Positions 42,119-53,362 of a DNA stretch of 64,000 bases are shown in pieces (within the stretch, counting starts at the first letter, position 1; every line of letters begins with the position of its first letter). Below the pieces are notes generated by a model. That model was not told the DNA's origin, did no database searches, and worked only from the letters and a program-made list of their open reading frames with translations. Made by a program: the position numbers and the translations under genes. The stretch comes from an uncultured Candidatus Rokubacteria bacterium (GTDB lineage: Bacteria; Methylomirabilota; Methylomirabilia; Rokubacteriales; CSP1-6): assembly GCA_963789955.1 (NCBI GenBank), contig CAWBMV010000015.1, forward strand, positions 192,001 through 256,000, written 5' to 3'.

Positions 42119-43743
42119 TTACAGCAGTCGCCTCCTGTCAACAAGGGGTGACGCGGGCCGCTTCAGAACCCGGCCTGGCAGTAGGCCGGTGTGGTCGCCG
42201 GCGTCGATCACGACCTCGCCGTTGACGAGGACGGTGGAGATGCCGGTGGCGTACGATGGGGATCGTCGTAGGTCGCGTGGTCGGCGACCGTGGTCGGGTC
42301 GAACACCGTGATGTCCGCCCATGCGCCCTCGCGCAGCACGCCGCGGTCGGCGAGTCCGAGGGCCGCCGCGGAGCCGCCGGTCGTCTTGGACAGCTGCCTG
42401 CGGCAGCGTGAGGAGCCCGCGCTCGCGCACGCAGTGCCCGACCACGCGCGCGAACGTCCCGTAGTAGCGGGGATGCGGCTTGCCCTGTGAGGTGACGCCG
42501 TAGGTCGCGAGCGCCGTGCCGTCCGAGCCGACCAGGACCCACGGCGCTCGAATGATCTCGTCCACGTCTGCCTCCGCCATGCTCCGGATCAGGATGCGGG
42601 TGTGGCCCCGGTCCTCGACGATCACGTCGCACACGGCGTCCAGGGGATCGACGCCGCGGCGGCGGGCGATCTCGCCGAGCGTGCGGCCCGCCTCGTCCGG
42701 CAGGTGCGGCGACACCGCCACGCGCACCACGTCCCACGACGGAATCGCGCCGAAGTTGTTGAGCCCGTCCTTCGCGATGTCCTCGCGGATGCGCTTCCGG
42801 ATGGCCGGGTCCTGCAGCCGTTCGAGCATCGCTGCGGCTCCGCCCTCCTGCACCCAGCTCGGCAGGAGGTTCTTCAACGGGTTCGTTCCCGTGTCGTACG
42901 GGTACTGGTCGCAGTCGACGTGGAGGCCGCGCGCGCGCGCGGAGGCGATCTCGGCGAGCAGCCTCCCCGCCCCTCCCCAGTTGTCCGTGCCGGAGAGCTT
43001 CAAGTGCGCGATCTGCACGTGAACACCCGTCGCCTCGGCCACGGCGATCGCCTCGCGCACGGCCGCGAACACTTGGTTGGCCTCGTCGCGGATGTGCGAG
43101 GCGTACGTCGCGCCGTGGCGCGCGAGCACCCGGGCCAGCACGAGGATCTCATCGGCGCCCGCATAACTTCCGGGCGCCGTGAAGAGCCCCGACGAGAGCC
43201 CGATCGCGCCCGCCGTCAGCGCTTCCTCCAGCAGCGCTTCCATGCGCTGGAGCTCGGCGGCGGTCGCGGCCCGGCGCTCCATGCCCACCGTCATCAATCG
43301 GAGCGTGTTGTGCCCGACCTGCATGATCGTGTTGACGGACGCGGACGGAAAGCTGTCGAGATACTCGGCGAACGTCACGTCGCGGAACGGAAGCCACGGC
43401 GCGCTGGAGGCCAGGTACTCGCGGAGCATGGCGGCGGTCCCGGGCAGCGCCGGCGCGGCGGACAGGCCGCAGTTGCCCACGACCTCCGTGGTCACGCCCT
43501 GGCGCACCTTGCCCTCGGCGCGCGGATTGAGCGGCAGCGTGAAGTCGGAGTGCGTGTGGATGTCGATGAAACCGGGGGCGACGACCTGGCCCCGCGCGTC
43601 GATGATCTGCCGGGCCGGCCGCGACGACCGGTGCTCGACGGCCGACGATGCGGCCGCCTGCGACCCGCCACGTCAGCCTCGCACCCGGGCGCGCCAGTGC
43701 CGTCGGTTGCCAGGATCGCCTCACCAATCATCAGATCGTCCAT
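42119..43743 (-). CDS. N-acyl-D-amino-acid deacylase (D-aminoacylase); frameshifted
   Basis: PGFIDIHTH, QGVTTEVVGNCG, SHIRDE, AHLK, GSDG, PHPRYYGTF, TGLLPGRVL. Confidence 0.9.
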
Positions 43744-43756
43744 CGTTCCCTCATGA

Positions 43757-43846
43757 ATCTAACGTCGCACCTCGGCCGGCGGGGCCCCAGCCCCGCGACG
43801 GCCTGCGGTGCGAACGGCGATCTAACGTCGCACCTCCGCCGGCGGG
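43757..43846. repeat. Two 27-bp direct repeats (ATCTAACGTCGCACCTCSGCCGGCGGG); the first is part of a 47-nt hairpin; REP-like element
   Basis: Copies at 43757-43783 and 43820-43846 (1 mismatch); hairpin CGCACC..GGCCG GCGGGGC-CCCA-GCCCCGC..CGGCC..GGTGCG at 43766-43812. Confidence 0.8.
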
Positions 43847-43849
43847 CTC

Positions 43850-44626
43850 TCACCGGCGTCGAGCGCGCCAGATTCTTCGTGGACCGCCATTTGCGTGCCC
43901 CGACTCGAGTGTGACGTATTCGTAGCTCGTGGTGGCCGACTCCGGCGGTCGCACCTCGATCAGATCCTCGACCTCGGAGAAGCCGTTGGCGGCGCAGCAC
44001 GCGGATCCAGTCCCCGTGCGCCAGATGGAACTCGACGCCCGGATCGCCGGGCCACTCGATCCGTCGCATGCCGAACGCCGGGCGGAGCAGCCGCTCGGCG
44101 GCGACGCCGTCCTCTTCCGGCACGCAGAGGGTGAAGAGCGGCGAATTCACCAGGAAGATCAGCTCAGCGCCGGGGTCGGAGAGCGCCGCCTCGGCGACCC
44201 AGCGATCCGGATCCGCCCAGAGGCAGGCGCCGTATTCCGAGATCGCCAGGTCGAAGGCTTCGCCGCGGCAGGGCACCTGCTCGGCGTCGGCTTCGATCAG
44301 CGGGAACTCGAGGCCGTGCCGGCGCTGGAGTCGGCGCGCGGTCGCCAGCTGGGCCGGGAGGCGTCGATCTCGACGACCTTGACCCGACGGCGGGCGAGCC
44401 ATGCCGACACGTAGGCTGTTCCGCAGCCGAGCTCGATTCCGGTCTTGCCGGCGAGGCCCTCGGAAACAGCATCAAGCTGAGCCCGGAGACACGCCAGATG
44501 CCCCACTCGGTTCGGCTCTTCTCGGGCCCACGCCCGCTCGCCGCCGGCGACGTAGTTCCGCGCCTCCGCGTTCCAGCGGACGCGGTTGCGCCGCACGTGG
44601 TCCGAGAGCGCGCGCTCGTCGCCCAC
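43850..44626 (-). CDS. Class I SAM-dependent methyltransferase; heavily frameshifted
   Basis: IELGCGTAYVSAWLARR, ADAEQVP..FDLAISEYGACLWADP, VEFHLAHGDWIR. Confidence 0.85.
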
Positions 44627-44633
44627 GCCAGCC

Positions 44634-45020
44634 CTACGGCCGCATCCGGCCGCGCGGAGTCACACCCGAGCGCGGCCAGGTGGGCATCGCGCTCGAGGTG
44701 GTGGAGCTCCGGATCCGCGTAGCTCATCAGCTCGGGGCGCGCGCGGCCGAGCATCACCTGAAGATAGGCGGGTTCGAGGCCCACGCTCGAAATCCGGGAC
44801 GACGCGGCCGGCGCCGAGACACAGTCCCAGCGCCCGAGCACGCTCCTCCGCGGCGGCCCGCACTGTCCACGAAGAAAACCTTCACCTTGCCGTCGAGGAT
44901 GAAGAACACCTCCTCGACCTCGTGCGTGTGCGCGGCGTTGCCCTGACCCGGCGGGACGAACATCACACTCAGGGTGAACTGCTCGGCGGGAATCGCGCGC
45001 GCGTCAGTCTTGCCCGATGG
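44634..45020 (-). CDS. Cupin domain protein (N-terminus missing, frameshifted)
   Basis: FTLSVMFVPPGQGNAAHTHEVEEVFFILDG. Confidence 0.75.
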
Positions 45021-45238
45021 TGCCGCTCCAGCTCGACTTCATCAGCCTCGACGATTGGACGATCAACGGCACGCCGCGCGAGTGCCTCGCGACGATTGCC
45101 GAGGCACGCGAGCGCTGCTCCACGGGATCGGCTTCACCATCTACAGCCTGCCGCGCGAGCGTGCAGGCGCGGATCGAGTACCTCCGGATGATCGCGGAGC
45201 GAGATCGTGCGGCCCGCGGCACGACGCTCGGCGGCTAG
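45017..45238 (+). pseudogene. C-terminal fragment of an LLM-class oxidoreductase-like protein
   Basis: WTINGTPRECLATI...ARIEYLRMIAE resembles LLM C-termini; no N-terminal part present. Confidence 0.45.
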
Positions 45239-45242
45239 ACCG

Positions 45243-46190
45243 ATGCTGCGGCCTGTTCGCGCTCCACCGGCCGGCGAGACGCGCACGAGGAGGCGTGCGC
45301 GCTGCTGGCCGACGCTCGGGTGAGGATGCGGTCGCGTTTACGCCGGCGGCACCGAGCTGCTGCTGCTGATGAAGGTGGGCGTGCTGCGGCCGCGGCACCT
45401 CGTCGACGTGAAGCGCATTCCCGGATTCGGCGGCGATCTCTCGCGACGAGGGCGCGTCGCGTGACGATCGGCGCGGCCGTCACGCACCGCACCGTCGAGC
45501 AATCCGCGCTCGTGCGAGCGCGCTGCCCGCTGGTCGGGACCGTCGCCCGGCACGTCGCCAACGTGCGCGTCCGGAACGTCGGCACGGTCGGCGGCAACCT
45601 CGCCTTCGCCGATCCGCACAGCGACCTGGCCACCTCGTTCCTGACCTTCGACGCGTCGGTCCGAGCTGCAGTCGCCGCGCGGGCGCGCGTGAGCTGTCGC
45701 TGGACGACTTCGTGCTCGGCCCGTGGGAGACGGCGCGTACCTCGAACGAGGTTGTCGCGTCGGTGACGCTCGCGCCGTGGCCGGGCGAGACCGCATGCCG
45801 CGTATGTGAAGTTCGGTGTGCACGAGCGTCCGACCCTCGGCGATCGCGGCGATGCTTCGCCTCGCCCCCGGTGGCTCGGGGCATCACGGCGGTGATCGCG
45901 TCGCGGAGGCGCGCATCGCGATCGGCTGCGTCAATCCGCGGCCGATGCGCATGGCCGGCGCGGAGGCGCGACTGATCGGCGCTTCCGTCACGGACCTGGA
46001 GCACGCGGCCCGCGAGGCATCGGACGCCGCCGCCGACGCCGTGGATCCCGCCGACGACCTGTACGGTCTGGGCCGACGAGAAAGCGTGAGACGGTGGCGG
46101 TGTTCGTGCGTCGCGCGCCCGCGTCGCGGTGTGGTGCTGCGGCGCGAGCTGTTGCGCGGTGCTACGTGCGTGCTCCGCGTGAAGGCGATC
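45243..46190 (+). CDS. Molybdenum hydroxylase FAD-binding subunit (CoxM/XdhB-like); many indels
   Basis: AGGTELL, VTIGAAVTH, VANVRVRNVGTVGGNLAFADPHSD, ARIAIGCV. Confidence 0.75.
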
Positions 46191-46191
46191 C

Positions 46192-46650
46192 GTGAATGCT
46201 TCATGTCGTCGTCAATGGTTCGCGACGCCAAGCTCGAGGCTGTGCTCGACGTGCTGCTGCTGGACGTGCTGCGTGACGGCCTCAGCTCAAGGGCGCCGAA
46301 GCGTCCTGCCAGACCCAGGCGTGCGGTGCTGTACGGCTTCTGTCGATGGCCTCGCCGTTAGCGCCGGACGTACCCGGCGATCGAGGCCGAGGACGCTCCG
46401 TGCGACGGTCGAGGGCCTGGCGAAGGGCATCGGCTCTATCCGCTCCAGCGCGTGTTCGTGGAGGGGGTGCCGTGCAGCGCGGCTTCTGCACGTCGGGGAT
46501 GCTGCTCGACGGCGCGGGCGATGCTGCCGAGAACGCGCAGCCGACTCGCGAGGACGTGTCGCACTACCTGCGTGGCAGCCTCTGTCGCGGACGGGCTACC
46601 GGAAGATCGTCGACGCGATCTGGCGGCGCGCCGAGCCCGCTCGATGAGCG
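46192..46650 (+). CDS. Molybdenum hydroxylase (2Fe-2S) subunit (CoxS-like); many indels
   Basis: LLLDVLRD, TVEGL, AVQ.GFCTSGML, LRGSLCR..GYRKIVDAI fragments. Confidence 0.7.
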
Positions 46651-48926
46651 CGCGACCGTCCGCGTCGTCGGGCACCCCGCGCCGCGCGTCGACGCGCTCG
46701 AGAAAGTGACCGGCCGCGCACGGTACGCAACCGACCTGACGTTCCCGGCATGGCTCACGCGAAGGTGCTCCGCTACCGTACGCCCACGCCCGGGTGCGGC
46801 GCGTCGACGTCACGCGCGCCCGTGCGCGGGCCGGTGCTCCGGCGCTGCTGGAGCCGATGGACCTGCGCGACCCGTGATAGGAACGGCGTATCGCGATCGG
46901 CCGGTGCTCGCGATCGACGTCGCCGGCGACGAGGGCGAGCCGGTCGCGGCGGTGGCCGCGGTCGACGAAGTGACGGCCGAGGAGGCGCTCGATCTGATCG
47001 ACGTCGACTACGAGCCGCTCGCGAGGTGATGACGCTCGAGGAAGCGCTGGCGTCGAGCGCTCCCTCGTGCACGCGGGCCAGCCTGCGGCAGGACACTTCG
47101 TGGATTCTCGACCTCAAGCGCGAATCAGAACCAACATCTGCCACCAGTTCGCGTTCGCGCGGGGTGATGCGGCCTCAGCACTCGCCGCCGCCGACGTCGT
47201 CGTCGAGGACGCGTACCGCTTTCCGCCGGTCCAGCACGTCGCGCTCGAGCCCCACGCGGTCGTGGCCGCCTGGGACGAGACCGGCGCTTTGACACTCTGG
47301 GCGTCGACTCAGAATCCGTACTCCGTGCGCGTCGAGCTGGCGAAGATGTTCGATGTCCCGCTCGCGCGAATTCGCGTCGTGGTCCCGCATCTCGGCGGCG
47401 GCTTCGGCAGCAAGACGTACGCGAAGCTCGAGCCCCTGGCCGCGACCCTGGCACGCGCGGCCGGCCGTCCGGTTCGCCTGGCCGCCTCGGTGCCGGAAGC
47501 GTTCCAGACGGTGCGCCGCTGCGCCTCGCGCGTCGCCATGCGCGCCGGGTTCCGCCGCGACGGCACGCTGGTGGCAGTCGAATGCGACGCCGACTACGAC
47601 GTCGGCGCCTACGCGGACATCGGTCCGCGCGTCGTTCAGAAGGGCACCTACACGGCGACCGGTCCCTACCGTGTCGCGCACGTGAAGCTCGAGGCTCGCG
47701 CCGTCTACACGAACACGACGCCGGGCGGAGCATTCCGTGGGTTCGGCGTGCCGCAGCTCGCGTGGGCGCTCGAATCGCTCTTCGACGTGGCGGCGGACCG
47801 GCTCGCTCGTGACCCGGTCGACCTGAGGCGTCAGAACTTTCTCGCCCACGGCGAGGAGTTCGCGCCGGGCGACACGCCGATCGACGGCAAGCTCGAGGAG
47901 AGCCTGAGCCGCGCCGCCGAGGCGATCGGCTGGAGCCAGGCCGCCGCGGCCGACCGCGGGCGCGGCGTGGCGGCGATGCTCAAGGCGTCGGTCGCGCCGA
48001 GCGTGTCGGAGGCGATCGTGCGCCTGCACGCGGACGGGAGCGTCACCGTGCTGGCGAGCGCCGTCGAGATGGGGCAGGGAACGCGCACCGTGCTCGCCCA
48101 GATCGCCGCCGAAGTCCTGAGCGTGCCGCTGACGCGGGTGACCGTCGTCCAGCCCGACACCGCGGTGACGCCGTACGATCAGACGACGAGCTCGAGCCGC
48201 TCGACGGCCATGACCGGTCGGGCCGTGCAAGCCGCCGCCGAGGACGTACGCGAGCAGCTCCTGCTCATCGTGGCGCAGAGCCTCGGCGTCGCGGCACGAG
48301 AGCTCACGCTCGGCGACGGCGCCGTCGTGGCGCCGACGCATCGCCTGTCGTACGCGGAGGTCCTGGCGTTGCGATTCGGTATGTCGGGCGGCGAGCTGAT
48401 CGGCCGCGGCGTGATCGCGCCGGGCCGCACCGCGGCGCCGCTCGGGGGCAGCACGCCATTCTGGGAGATGGCAGTCGGGGCGGCCGAGGTGAGCGTCGAC
48501 GAGGAGACCGGCGCGATCCGGGTCGAGCGGTATGTCTCCGTGGCCGACGTGGGGCGCGCGATCAATCCGCTCCTGCTCGAGGGCCAGGACGAGGGCGGCG
48601 TCGTCCAGGGACTCGGCCACACTTTGCTCGAGGAGATGCTCTACGCGGACGGCCATCTGCTGAACGGCACGTTGCTCGTCTATCGAGTGCCGCGCGCCGA
48701 CGACACGCCGACGGAACTCGAGTGTCACTTCGTGGAGAACGCCGACGGCAGCGGGCCGTTCGGCGCGAAGGGCGCGGGGGAGGGCAGCCTGATTCCGGTG
48801 AGCCCGGCGGTGGCCAACGCGCTCGCGCGACTCACCGGCGCGCGGCTGCGCGACTTGCCGCTGAGCCCGGAGCGCGTGTGGCGCGCGCTCCGGGCCCGCT
48901 CACGGGCGACAGGGAAACCCGCCTAG
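46644..48926 (+). CDS. Molybdenum hydroxylase molybdopterin-binding subunit (xanthine dehydrogenase / aldehyde oxidase family)
   Basis: RVDALEKVTGRARY, LGGGFGSK, GAFRGFGVPQ, EMGQG, EGQDEGGVVQGLG, GAKGAGE. Confidence 0.9.
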
Positions 48927-50062
48927 CTGAGCGCCCGGTACACCTCGGTCTCGAACTTCCCGAACAGGTCGATCGCCGTCTTGTCGTAGAATGTAGCAGC
49001 TGCGAGAGGAAGACGCTGGAGACCCGTTAGTCCGATCGATCCAGTAGTAGGTGTTCGCGAGGCCCGCCGACGCGAGGCCGCCGGCCGAGCGCCCGGTCGG
49101 CGCGTCCTCGTGTTGATCAGGAAGCTCAGTCCCCAGCCTCCGGCGATCCCCGGGAACAGGTCGACGTCGTTGGAGAGCCCGGGCGCCGCCGTCTTGATGT
49201 AGGGCACGTCCAACGGCGCGACGTGGTTCTGCGCCATGAGGTCATGGTCTCGACGCCGCAGGACCTGAACGCGCTCAGGGTGCGGCACGCACGATCATCG
49301 GCGCCAACGTCAGATAGTCGCGGCGCGGTGCCGTAGAGGCCGCCGCCGCCCATGAGGAACTCGGCTCTTCGGGGAGCGCGGAATCGATCGGCGCGCGCGC
49401 CCCCTTCTCGTCGCGCTGATGCACGCTCGCCAGCGGCTTCGCATCGACGGCGAGATCTTGAACGCGGTGTCGTTCATGCCGAAGGGCCGAAGATGTCGTC
49501 CTTGAACAGCTCTATCAGCTTCGGCTGTCCACCGTCGACGATTCCGCCGATCTAGTCCACGCTGATCCGTACTCCCAGCGGGTCGCCGGATTGAACAGGA
49601 GCGGGCGCGGTCAGCGCCGCGTCGCACGCGGCCATTCCCGGCGTCGGTGGCGCTCTGACATGCGATCTCCGGTTGCGACACCGTAGGCGAAGCCGCGGGC
49701 GCGCGCCATGAGGCGCCGCAGGCCACGGGCCGCTTGGCGCACCCGCAGGCGGGGTTGGCGGTGGCGTCGATCTTGAGCACCGGCTGTCGACAGCGACGAG
49801 ATCATCTTGCTCGCCGGGCCGTCGAGGCTCAGCTCGCTGGACCAGTCTGCATGGTAGCGGTTGCTGGTGATGGCTGTTGCAGCCACGCTATCGATACGAC
49901 GAAGTCGACGCGCTCATCGGCATCCTTGCCGAGCTGCGCTCGCCGAAGGCGGGCCCCCGCACACGTCTTCCTTCGCCCGCGGCGGCGAGCGCGACGATGC
50001 CGGCATGGCCTTCGACTGGGTCGCTGAGCGAAGAGCTTGTCGATGGACGCGATGGTTGGCAT
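48923..50062 (-). CDS. Serine hydrolase (beta-lactamase family); heavily frameshifted
   Basis: PFGMNDTAFKI, MGGGGLYGT, WGLSFLINT, NTYYWID fragments. Confidence 0.7.
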
Positions 50063-50572
50063 GTTAGTCCTCCGAGCGTGTGCGGATGAGCGAGAGCTGG
50101 AGGCGCACGCACCGGACGCCTTCGACGAAGGGCCTCGATGCCGCTGTTCAGGCCGCCGAGCGGAAACCGGCCTCCGCGCGTCGGAACCGCGAGGGTCGTC
50201 ATGATGATCAGTAGCATCTCGTCGCGATCGCGGCCTCCGCCTTGGCGTCGGCGCCGGGGCTGTCTCGGCGCCGGCCGTCGCCGCGCAGGACGAGCTGTTC
50301 GAGTCGATGGCCGCGGCAGCGGGATCGCGGGCAGCAATGGTCGTTCAAGCGGACGGGGCCCGAGCGTCGGCGCCACCCCGCGAGCGTGCCGCAGGACCAG
50401 TACGCGGGGCTGGGGTCCGAGACCGGTCGGTGCCACAGGCATGGCTGCTGATGCGGCGTGTCATCGTACCGATCAAGAGGAGCGAACGGCGATAGAACTG
50501 GATGATGATCACTGGATCTCCCGACGTCGAGGGTGCCGCGCTGGCTCGCTTGACGGTGTAGATGTGCGCGCC

Positions 50573-52005
50573 ATGGCCGCCGTGCGCGACCTCACGTTCA
50601 CCTCGGCCGTCGAGCTGCTGAAGCTCTACCGGGCGCGACGCGTCTGCCGCTCGAGGTCATGCAGGCGGTGCTCGCGCGCATCGACGCCGTGAACCCGAGG
50701 TCAACGCGGTCGTGACGCTCGCCCGCGAGGACGCGCTGCGCACGCCCGGCGCGCCGCGGCCTCCGCCGGGGCGCGTCGCCTGCCGCCGCTCTTCGGCATC
50801 CCCGTCGCCATCAAGGACGTCACGCCGACCAAGGGCATCCGCAACCGACGTACGGCTCCAAGCTCTTCGAGGACCACGTGCCCGAGAGCGACGCGCTGGT
50901 GGTGCAGCGGCTGCGCGCGGCCGGCGCCATCGTCATCGGCAAGACGAACACGCCGGAGTTCGCGTTCGGCCCGAACACCGTCAACACGGTCTTCGGCGCG
51001 ACGCGCAACCCGTGGAACCTCGCGCTGCACCGCCGGCGGCTCGAGCGGCGGCTCGGCGGCGGCGCTCGCGACCGGCATGTGCCCGCTCGCCGAGGGCACC
51101 GATCTGGGCGGCTCGCTCCGCGGCCCGGCGTCGTTCTGCGGGGTCGTCGGGCTTCCGCACCACGCCCGGGCTGATCCCGCGCTATCCGTCGGCGCTGGCG
51201 TGGGACACGTACTCGGTCGAGGGGCCGATGGCGCGCACGGTCGCCGACACCGGCGCTGATGCTGTCGGTGATGGCCGGCGCCGACGATCGCTCGCCGATC
51301 TCCTACGACGTCGACACGCGCGAGCTTGCCCGCGCGGCGAAGGCGCCGTCGGTGAAGGGCTGGCGGATCGCGTGGACGGCGGACCTCGGCGGTCTCGTGC
51401 TGGTCGACGACGAGGTGCGGACGGTCTTCGAGCGCGCGGTCGCCGTGTTCCGCGCCCGCCGGCGCGCGCGTGGAAGCGGCGTGCCCGACATGAGCGACGT
51501 GCCGGAGATCGTGCGGCTCACGCGTGGCCTGCTCATGGTGGCGCGGCACGCCGACAAGCTCCCGGAGCATCGCGCGGTCCTCCAGGAAGGGCTCGTCGAG
51601 AACACGGAGCAGGGCCTCGCGCTCACCGTCGCGCGACGATCGCGCGCGGCGAGCTGCTCCGCACGCGCCTCTGGCAGCGGGTGCGCGAGCTTCCTCGGAG
51701 ACGCGCGACCTGCTGATCACGCCGACGTCGGCGACGCCGCCGTTCCCGCTCGAGAGCCCGCACTGAGGTCAACGGCCAGCCCGTGGGCGAGGCTGCAGCG
51801 CTCGTACCTGACCTACGCGTTCTCGGTGCTGGGCCTGCCTGCCATCTCGATTCCCTGCGGATTCACGCGCGACGGGCTGCCCGTCGGCCTGCAGATCGTC
51901 GGCAGGCGGCGCGGCGAGGCGGCGGTGCTGCGGGCCGCCGCGGCCTTCGAGGCCGCACAGCCCTGGGCGGACGGGATCCCGCCGGTCGCGCGGCGGCCGT
52001 GCTGA
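50573..52005 (+). CDS. Amidase signature (GatA-like) family amidase; frameshifted
   Basis: [54 protein letters not shown]. Confidence 0.9.
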
Positions 52006-53268
52006 CGCAGCATCGCTGGTGGTCGACGTCCGCGACCGAGGCAGGAACGACTGCAACTGGTTGCTGGATCAACGTCGCGTCGGCGATCGCTCGAGAAGTG
52101 GTCGATCATCAGCCTGGCGGGGTCGGTGACATGGTGCTGCAGTCGGGCACGACGGCGATCGACGGCGCCGGCAACGTGCGGGCATCGGCGACGTCGCCGA
52201 GCAGGTCGAGGTGATCATGATGATCGCCGAGCGGAGCATGGGCAAGGCGGGCGGCAACCTGGCGGACGCGTGCGGAGCCGATCTACGTCACCGACATGAA
52301 GCCGGTGATCGTGCCGCGCGGACCGTCGCCCGGTATCTGCGTGACGCCGTCCTGCGTCCACGCTCGTGCAAGTCAACGAACTCGCGCGCCCGGAGCAGCT
52401 GATCGAGATCGAGCTCGACGCCATCGACGGCGCGGCGCTGCGGCGCAACGCATCTCGTCCGGGCGGGCCATCGAGGACGAGTACGCGTACTCGCGGGCGG
52501 TGCGCGTGGGCGACCGCGTGATCGTCTCCGGCACCACCGCGCTGAGTGCTCGAGGTGTCGTCGAAGGCAAGGGCGAATGTGTCTCGCCAGACGCGGCACA
52601 CGATGGACACGATCTTCTCGGCGCTGGCGCAGGCGGGCGCCGCGCGCGAGGACATCGTCTACACCAAGACGTTTCTCACCGAGCTCGCCCACAGCGCGGA
52701 CTACACGCGCGCGTGGCTCGAGGCCCTGGGTGAGGTGCGACCCACGTCGACCTTGCTCGGCATCCCGGCGCTCGTTCTGCCGGAGATGTTGATCGAGATC
52801 GAGGCGGAGGCGGTCATTGGAGCCGCGAAGACCCGCCGCGACATCTACACACAGCAGCAGCGCGAGAAGCCCCGCGGTTACGCGCGGGCCGTGGAGGTCG
52901 GCGACTGGATCTGGGTCAGCGGCTGCACGTCGATGAACGCCGCGGGCGAGCCGCAGGCGGCAGGCGACTGGGCCGCGCAATCCGATCTTTCGGTGGGGAC
53001 CGCGCAATGGGCGCTCGCGCAGGCCGGCGCCAGCCTCGACGACGTGGTCCGCCGGCGCACGTTCACCGTCGAGGGCGCCCGCCAGAATCGGCTCGGCGAG
53101 GGCCCGCCCTGGTTCGCCAAGAGCGCTCCGGCGTCCCTCGGCTGTCGCATCGCGGGGCTCGCGCGGCCCGAGCTGCTCGTCGAAGTCGAGGTGACGGCCG
53201 TCAAGGGCGCGCACGCGGGGATCGAGTCAATCGGCCCGGACGCCACCGACCCGCTGGATCGCGGCTAG
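51999..53268 (+). CDS. Protein with three tandem Rid (YjgF/YER057c/UK114) domains; frameshifted
   Basis: VGDMVLQSGTT...LARPEQLIEIE; YSRAVRVGDRVIVSGTT...PEMLIEIEAEA; YARAVEVGDWIWVSG...LARPELLVEVEVTA. Confidence 0.8.
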
Positions 53269-53362
53269 GTCGCGAGGAGGCGGGCATGACCGGCGGCGTG
53301 GTCCTCGAACCCGCCGAGCCGGGTGAGGCCCAGGCGCCGGCCGTGGTAGAACGTTGCCGGCG

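Noticed and set aside
43757..43846. Mini-CRISPR (27-bp repeat, 36-bp spacer, repeat)
   Set aside because: Only two repeats, the spacer base-pairs with the repeat, and there are no cas genes or leader; better explained as a REP-like element.
45243..48926. Aerobic CO dehydrogenase (coxMSL order)
   Set aside because: The active-site loop is AFRGFG, not AYxCSFR (form I) or AYRGAGR (form II); this is a generic Mo-hydroxylase.
50068..50560. Possible small genes between the serine hydrolase and the amidase
   Set aside because: No recognisable motif, and the local error rate is too high to support a call.
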